This document shows positions 59,885 through 64,000 of a DNA stretch of 64,000 nt, piece after piece. The DNA is from Scenedesmus sp. PABB004. Taxonomy: Eukaryota. Numbering within the stretch: position 1 is the stretch's first letter; each line of letters starts with the position of its first letter. Under the pieces are notes generated by a model. The model was not told the origin of the DNA, searched no databases, and was given only the letters and a program-made list of their open reading frames with translations. The translations under genes and the position numbers were made by a program. The stretch is taken from NCBI GenBank assembly GCA_014905635.1, contig JABVCE010000021.1:620001-684000 (forward strand), given 5' to 3'.

Positions 59885-60922
59885 TCCCCGGCGCCGGGGT
59901 ACGTCGGCGGGTGCCACGCAAGTGGTGCCCTCAAGTCCAAAGCCCGATCCGCCGCCCCCGAGTGGTCCGCGCGTGCTGCGTGCTGCATGTGGCGCGCGCG
60001 CTTCGCTGTCCGTGCATGTGATGCAACGGTCTGCTGCTGCATGGGCGTTGCACGTACGCTGTGTGTGCCGCGTGTGCTGCGTGTTGCACGCACGTGAATG
60101 AGCCCTGCCGCGCTCGACCCGCTCAACCGGCTGCCTGCACTACAACCACGGTGGGGTCGGGGCGCGCAGCGCGGGGCGCGGCTGCCCCCGCCGCCGCGCC
60201 TGCCTCTGCCCCGGCCGTGCAGGGCTGGCGTGCGTCTGGCGGGCGACGACGCGCGGACGACGCCACGCGGACTCCGCTTCGCGCACGACGCCACGCGGCC
60301 CACGCTGCTTGGACGACGCCAGCAATGCAGGAGCACGCGGCAGCAGGTGCGCGGGAGGGGCGGCTGCGCGCCCGGGCCGGCGGGGCCGCCATCGGTGCTG
60401 GCGGCGCCAGCGCTCGCCGCTTCATCACGCGCGCCTGCCTGACGCGCTGCCGGCCGCGCTGGTCGCAGGCTGCTGCCCTCTCTTGCGACGACGCCCCCAC
60501 ACCCGCCCACCGAGACGGCGTCGCCCCCTTGCGGCGGCCCGAGCGCACCCCACCGGTGAGCCGCGCATTGGCGAGCGCGCGGCGGCTGTGCCACAGCCCT
60601 GTCGAGCGCGCGGCCGTCGCGCCCCGCCCGCTGACACTCCGCGCGCCGCCGCTGCCGCACCCGTCGTGCCCTCGCTGCCCTGCAGGGTGTCGCCTGATGC
60701 TGATCAAACCCTCACCCTTTCCTTTCCCTCTTGCACTCGCACTTGCACTTGCACCTTCCACCCTTGCACCCCCCAAACCCCAAAAGTCTTGAATGCACCC
60801 CGGCGACAATGATGTCTAGGCCGCACAACAGCTCCCCAGCGCGCACACCCCTAAGACGCGCCACGGGGAGCACCGTGGTCATGGCCTGGTCGGCGTCCCG
60901 GGGAGGGCGTCAAGCACCCCCC

Positions 60923-60979
60923 GCTCCGGGGCCGGTCGCCGCCCCCTCTCGGGCCGAGGTTTGACCCCTCGCCGGAGCT
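60923..60979 (+). ncRNA. tRNA-like (mascRNA-architecture) mini-cloverleaf
   Basis: 7-bp acceptor GCTCCGG/CCGGAGC; 3-bp stem with 5-nt GG-containing loop; 4-bp stem-loop; 5-bp T-stem with 7-nt TTTGACC loop. Confidence 0.5.
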
Positions 60980-61140
60980 TGTTCATGCTTTGTTGGCTGC
61001 CGTGCGAGCGCGCGCGCTGCGTGCGCGTGCTGCCGGCGTGCTGTGCGCGCTGCGGTGTACGTGCGCGCTGGCCGGCCCTCGCACACGCGCGCCAGCAGCC
61101 AGCAGCGCTCTCGGCAGCAGCACCCCAGCAGCAGAGCCAG

Positions 61141-61145
61141 TTACA
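61141..61145 (-). promoter_or_regulatory. TGTAA polyadenylation signal (LON-N gene)
   Basis: About 50 nt after the minus-strand stop at 61194. Confidence 0.6.
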
Positions 61146-61193
61146 GTGGCCGCCGCAGCGGTGACAGACGGCGGGCTCGGGCCCCGCCGGCCC

Positions 61194-63694
61194 TCACGCC
61201 CGCCCGTCCCCCACATCTTTGACAGCCACCACGGCGGCGAGCACGCGCACGTGCTTGCGCAGCACCGCCGCGATAAAGCGCAGCCGCGACGCGACGCTGG
61301 CCGCCTCCAGCACCACCTGCCGCGCCTCGCCCTTGTCCTGCTGCTCGAGCGCCGCGACGACGACGGCGCCGGCCCAAGACAGCCGGGCGGCGCGCCGCAG
61401 CGGGGGCCAGAGCGGGTCGGCGTGCACGTCGAGCCCGTCTGACGCGGCAAAGGCATAGCTCGACCCCAAGCGCTGCGGCGGAGGCGGGCCGCCCGGCCGC
61501 GCGTCGGCGCTGCCCGCCGGCCGGCTGCCTGCGGCCTCGCTGCCGTCGCTGCTGCTGCTGCTGCTGCCGCCGCCGTCGCTGCTGCCGCCGCCGTCGCTGC
61601 TGCCGCTGCTCCTGCTGCTGCTGCTGCTCCCGCTGCTGCTGCCGCCGCTGTCCGCTCGATCGCGGTCGGCGGGGCCAGGCTGCTCCGCGTCGCTGCCGCT
61701 CGTGCCGACCGCGCTCAGCGGCGCCGCCGCGCCGCCGAGGCCCCAGCCGGCACCGCCGGCGCCGGCTGCGAGGCCTGGCTGCACCGGCGGCGGGCGCAGC
61801 TGCAGCAGTCCAAACGGCAGGGCGTGCCGCTGGCCCTTGACCCGGCTGGCCAGCGCGACCAGCGTGTCCAGCTGCGCCCACACCTCGGCCTCCAGCATGA
61901 GCACGTCTACCAGGCTGCTGCTGGCGGCGGTGCCGGCAGTCAGCTCCGCGAGCTCTGGCCCCTGCGCCCGCACGCGGTGGCGGCGGCGGCGGCGGCGGCG
62001 GTGCTCGCGCGGGCGGGCGTGGCGCGGCGCGGTGCGCCGCAGCGAAGGCGGCGCGCTGCCCGTCGAGCCCCCGCCCACGGCCGCAGCGCGCGCACCTGCA
62101 GCGCCACGCCACGCTCTGCTGCTGTGTTCAGGCTGACGATGCCATCATCATCCACCTCGCCCCAGCCGGCCAGCGCCGAGGGGGCGCCGCCGCCGCCGCC
62201 GCCCGGGCCCCCTGCAGCGCGCGCGCTGGCGCTGCCGCCGCCAGCGCGGCCGCCTCTGCCGCTTCCGCCGCCGCCGCGCCGTCGGACAGGCCCTGCCGCC
62301 CGGCGACGACGCCGTCTGGCAGCGGCAGCACCTGCGGGCGGCGCGGGCGGCGCGGGCGGCGCGGGCGGCGCGCGTCGGCCGCCGCCGTGGCGGCGCGCGG
62401 GGCGCCGGCGCCCCCGCGCGCGCACCTCCGACACGCCGTGGGCCGCGAGCTCCTGGACGAGCAGGTGGGTCTCCAGGTCACTCTCGCCCTCGCGCGGCCC
62501 CGGGCCCGGCCAGGCCTGCTGCTCCGCGACGCGCAGCTCAAAGCCGCGCAGCCACGCCCAGCTCGCGGCGGCGGCGGCCTCGCGCGCGGCCGCGCTGCCG
62601 GCGGCCATCAGGGCAGGGATGCCCGAGTCGCCCGGCGCCGCCTGCATGACCGCGGCCATCGCGCGCGGCTGCACCGCCTCCAGCGCCTCGACGTCTTGCA
62701 GCAGCTCCACGTCGGCCGCGCTCCACGGCAGCTCCTGCACGCAGCGCGTCACCTGCGGCGGCGCGGCGCGCGCTGGCTTAGTCGGCCGCGCCGCGCGGGC
62801 GCAGCGCCGCCCTGCGAGCGCGGGCGCGCTCGCCTTGAAGCGCGCCACGGCGGTCGCCAGCACGAGCAGCTTGCCGTCCCGCAGCCGCGCCGCGCGGGTG
62901 ACCTGCGCCAGCGGCGGCGGCAGCCGCGGCGGTCGCAGCCGCGCCGCGCTGCGCTCGCAGGGGCCGGCCGGCCGGGCGGCCGCCCCGCGCCGGGCGCCGC
63001 GGCGCCGCGGCACCGTCGCCCGCACCTGCACCAGCACGCCGATGAGGGGCGCGCGGGAGCCGCTGACGAGGCGGTGCTGCGGCGACCCCAGGCTCCTGCT
63101 GCCGCCCGGCAGGTACAGGTGCCCGAACAGCCACGGCCGGCCGGCGCTGAAGATGGTCTCAAACATGTGCACGTAGTGGGGCGCCATGACGTGAAGAAAC
63201 TCCTGCGCGTCCCCCCCGACGACGAGGTCGCGCCGCCGGCGCGCGCCGCGGGCCGCTGCGCGCGCCGGGGGCCGCTGCCGGCCGGCGGCCGTCCCACCGC
63301 TGCGCCGGCCCCGCACCTGCATGCACGGCAGCACCGCCCACTCGGTGCGCCAGAGCGGCAGGCGCTCGATGCGCGTGCCGCCCGGCGGCGCGCGAGTGCC
63401 GCTGCCACGCGTCGCGGCCGCCGGCTCGCCGCCAGCGTTCTTGAAGAAAAGCTGTGTTAGCCGCCTGGCTTGGTCCCGCAGCGCCTCCGCGCCGTTGTCG
63501 TGCTCGCCGGGCTCGCCGGCGGGCTCGCCGCGGGCCGCGGGCGCGCGCGAGCAGCGCCGCCGCGCCGCGGCGCGCCCCAGCGCGCCGGGCGCCCTGGCCG
63601 CCCTGGCGCGCCCGGGAGCCAGCAGCAGCGGAGCCGCTCGACCGCCGCTGGCGGGCGCCAGCGCGGCGCGCGGAACGGCCCCAGGGCCGCACAT
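61194..63694 (-). CDS. LON peptidase N-terminal (PUA-like) domain protein, likely plastid, multi-exon
   Basis: LPLWRTEWAVLP, LHVMAPHYVHMFE, IGVLVQV, DGKLLVLATAVARFKV, PWSAADVELLQD and C-terminal RQVVLEAASVASRLR. Start codon uncertain. Confidence 0.75.
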
Positions 63695-64000
63695 GGGCAC
63701 TGTGCTGCTGCCGCTGCTGCCGCTGGTTGCGGAGCGCAGGCGTGCCCTGCGCGCTGCAGGCGGGCGGCTCTGGCGCGCGGACGCCTCTCTGCACGCTCGC
63801 ACGCTCGCGGGGGTGTTACGACTCTCGGGCGCCCGCCGGGCGGCACACAACGCAGCACAGCAACGCTGCGCACAAAGAGAGGGTGCGCGTCTGGGCGCGT
63901 TTCGCCGCCGGCGCTCACGCAGCACGCGGTGCCGCCGCCGTGCCTTCTTGGTCTGATGATACAGCAGTGGTGTTGTGTGAAAAGAACACGCAAAAGCATC

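Noticed and set aside
58500..60900. Autonomous transposon or Penelope-like element
   Set aside because: No RT, transposase or endonuclease motifs, hammerhead core, TIRs or TSDs were recognised.
60905..60925. GGGTGCTTGA (minus strand) resembling a plant TPP riboswitch start
   Set aside because: No CUGAGA or CCUGAA...GUAAUG core, and no thiamine gene nearby.
60782..60990. RNase MRP/P, telomerase RNA or a true tRNA gene
   Set aside because: A GAGAG loop and a GGGG..AUUC end are present but there is no matching 5' P4 strand, no CCCUAAA template repeat, and the cloverleaf is too short with no 7-nt anticodon loop.
63945..64000. Hammerhead-like CTGATGA...hairpin...GAAA at the window end
   Set aside because: The base of stem II would be a U-U mismatch, and stem I and the NUH cleavage site are not visible in the window. 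Could be re-examined with downstream sequence.

Overview
Very GC-rich eukaryotic nuclear DNA from an intron-rich green alga. The gene content, TGTAA poly(A) signals and short ...CGCAG-ending introns suggest a chlorophyte, probably Sphaeropleales (inference). Most six-frame ORFs are GC-driven artefacts, so gene models were rebuilt by hand from splice sites and protein motifs. About 26 tightly packed protein genes are present: CTU2, fibrillin, a thioredoxin/Moco-sulfurase-like fusion, pantothenate synthetase, two orphan secreted proteins, COX11, DAP decarboxylase, a CAMK/CDPK-like kinase, RPN3, a GIN/DUF2807 protein, an ShKT-aldo-keto-reductase fusion, a GST-N protein, PEX11, a FAN-like BEACH-WD40 protein, PIMT, PFK, FKBP53-like, TFIIF-beta, TPGS1-like, a LON-N protein and several small hypotheticals. 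The most interesting signals are: (1) a 57-nt mascRNA-like tRNA mimic at 60923-60979, downstream of a repeat-rich locus; (2) 19 GC-AG introns among roughly 110, all MAG|GCRMG; (3) two tandem intronic box C/D snoRNAs, one with co-varying C and D boxes; (4) two unusual domain fusions; (5) a candidate bicistronic locus; (6) a repeat-built secreted pro-peptide. Four apparent frameshifts at G/C homopolymers look like assembly errors. All family assignments come from remembered motifs; no database searches were run.
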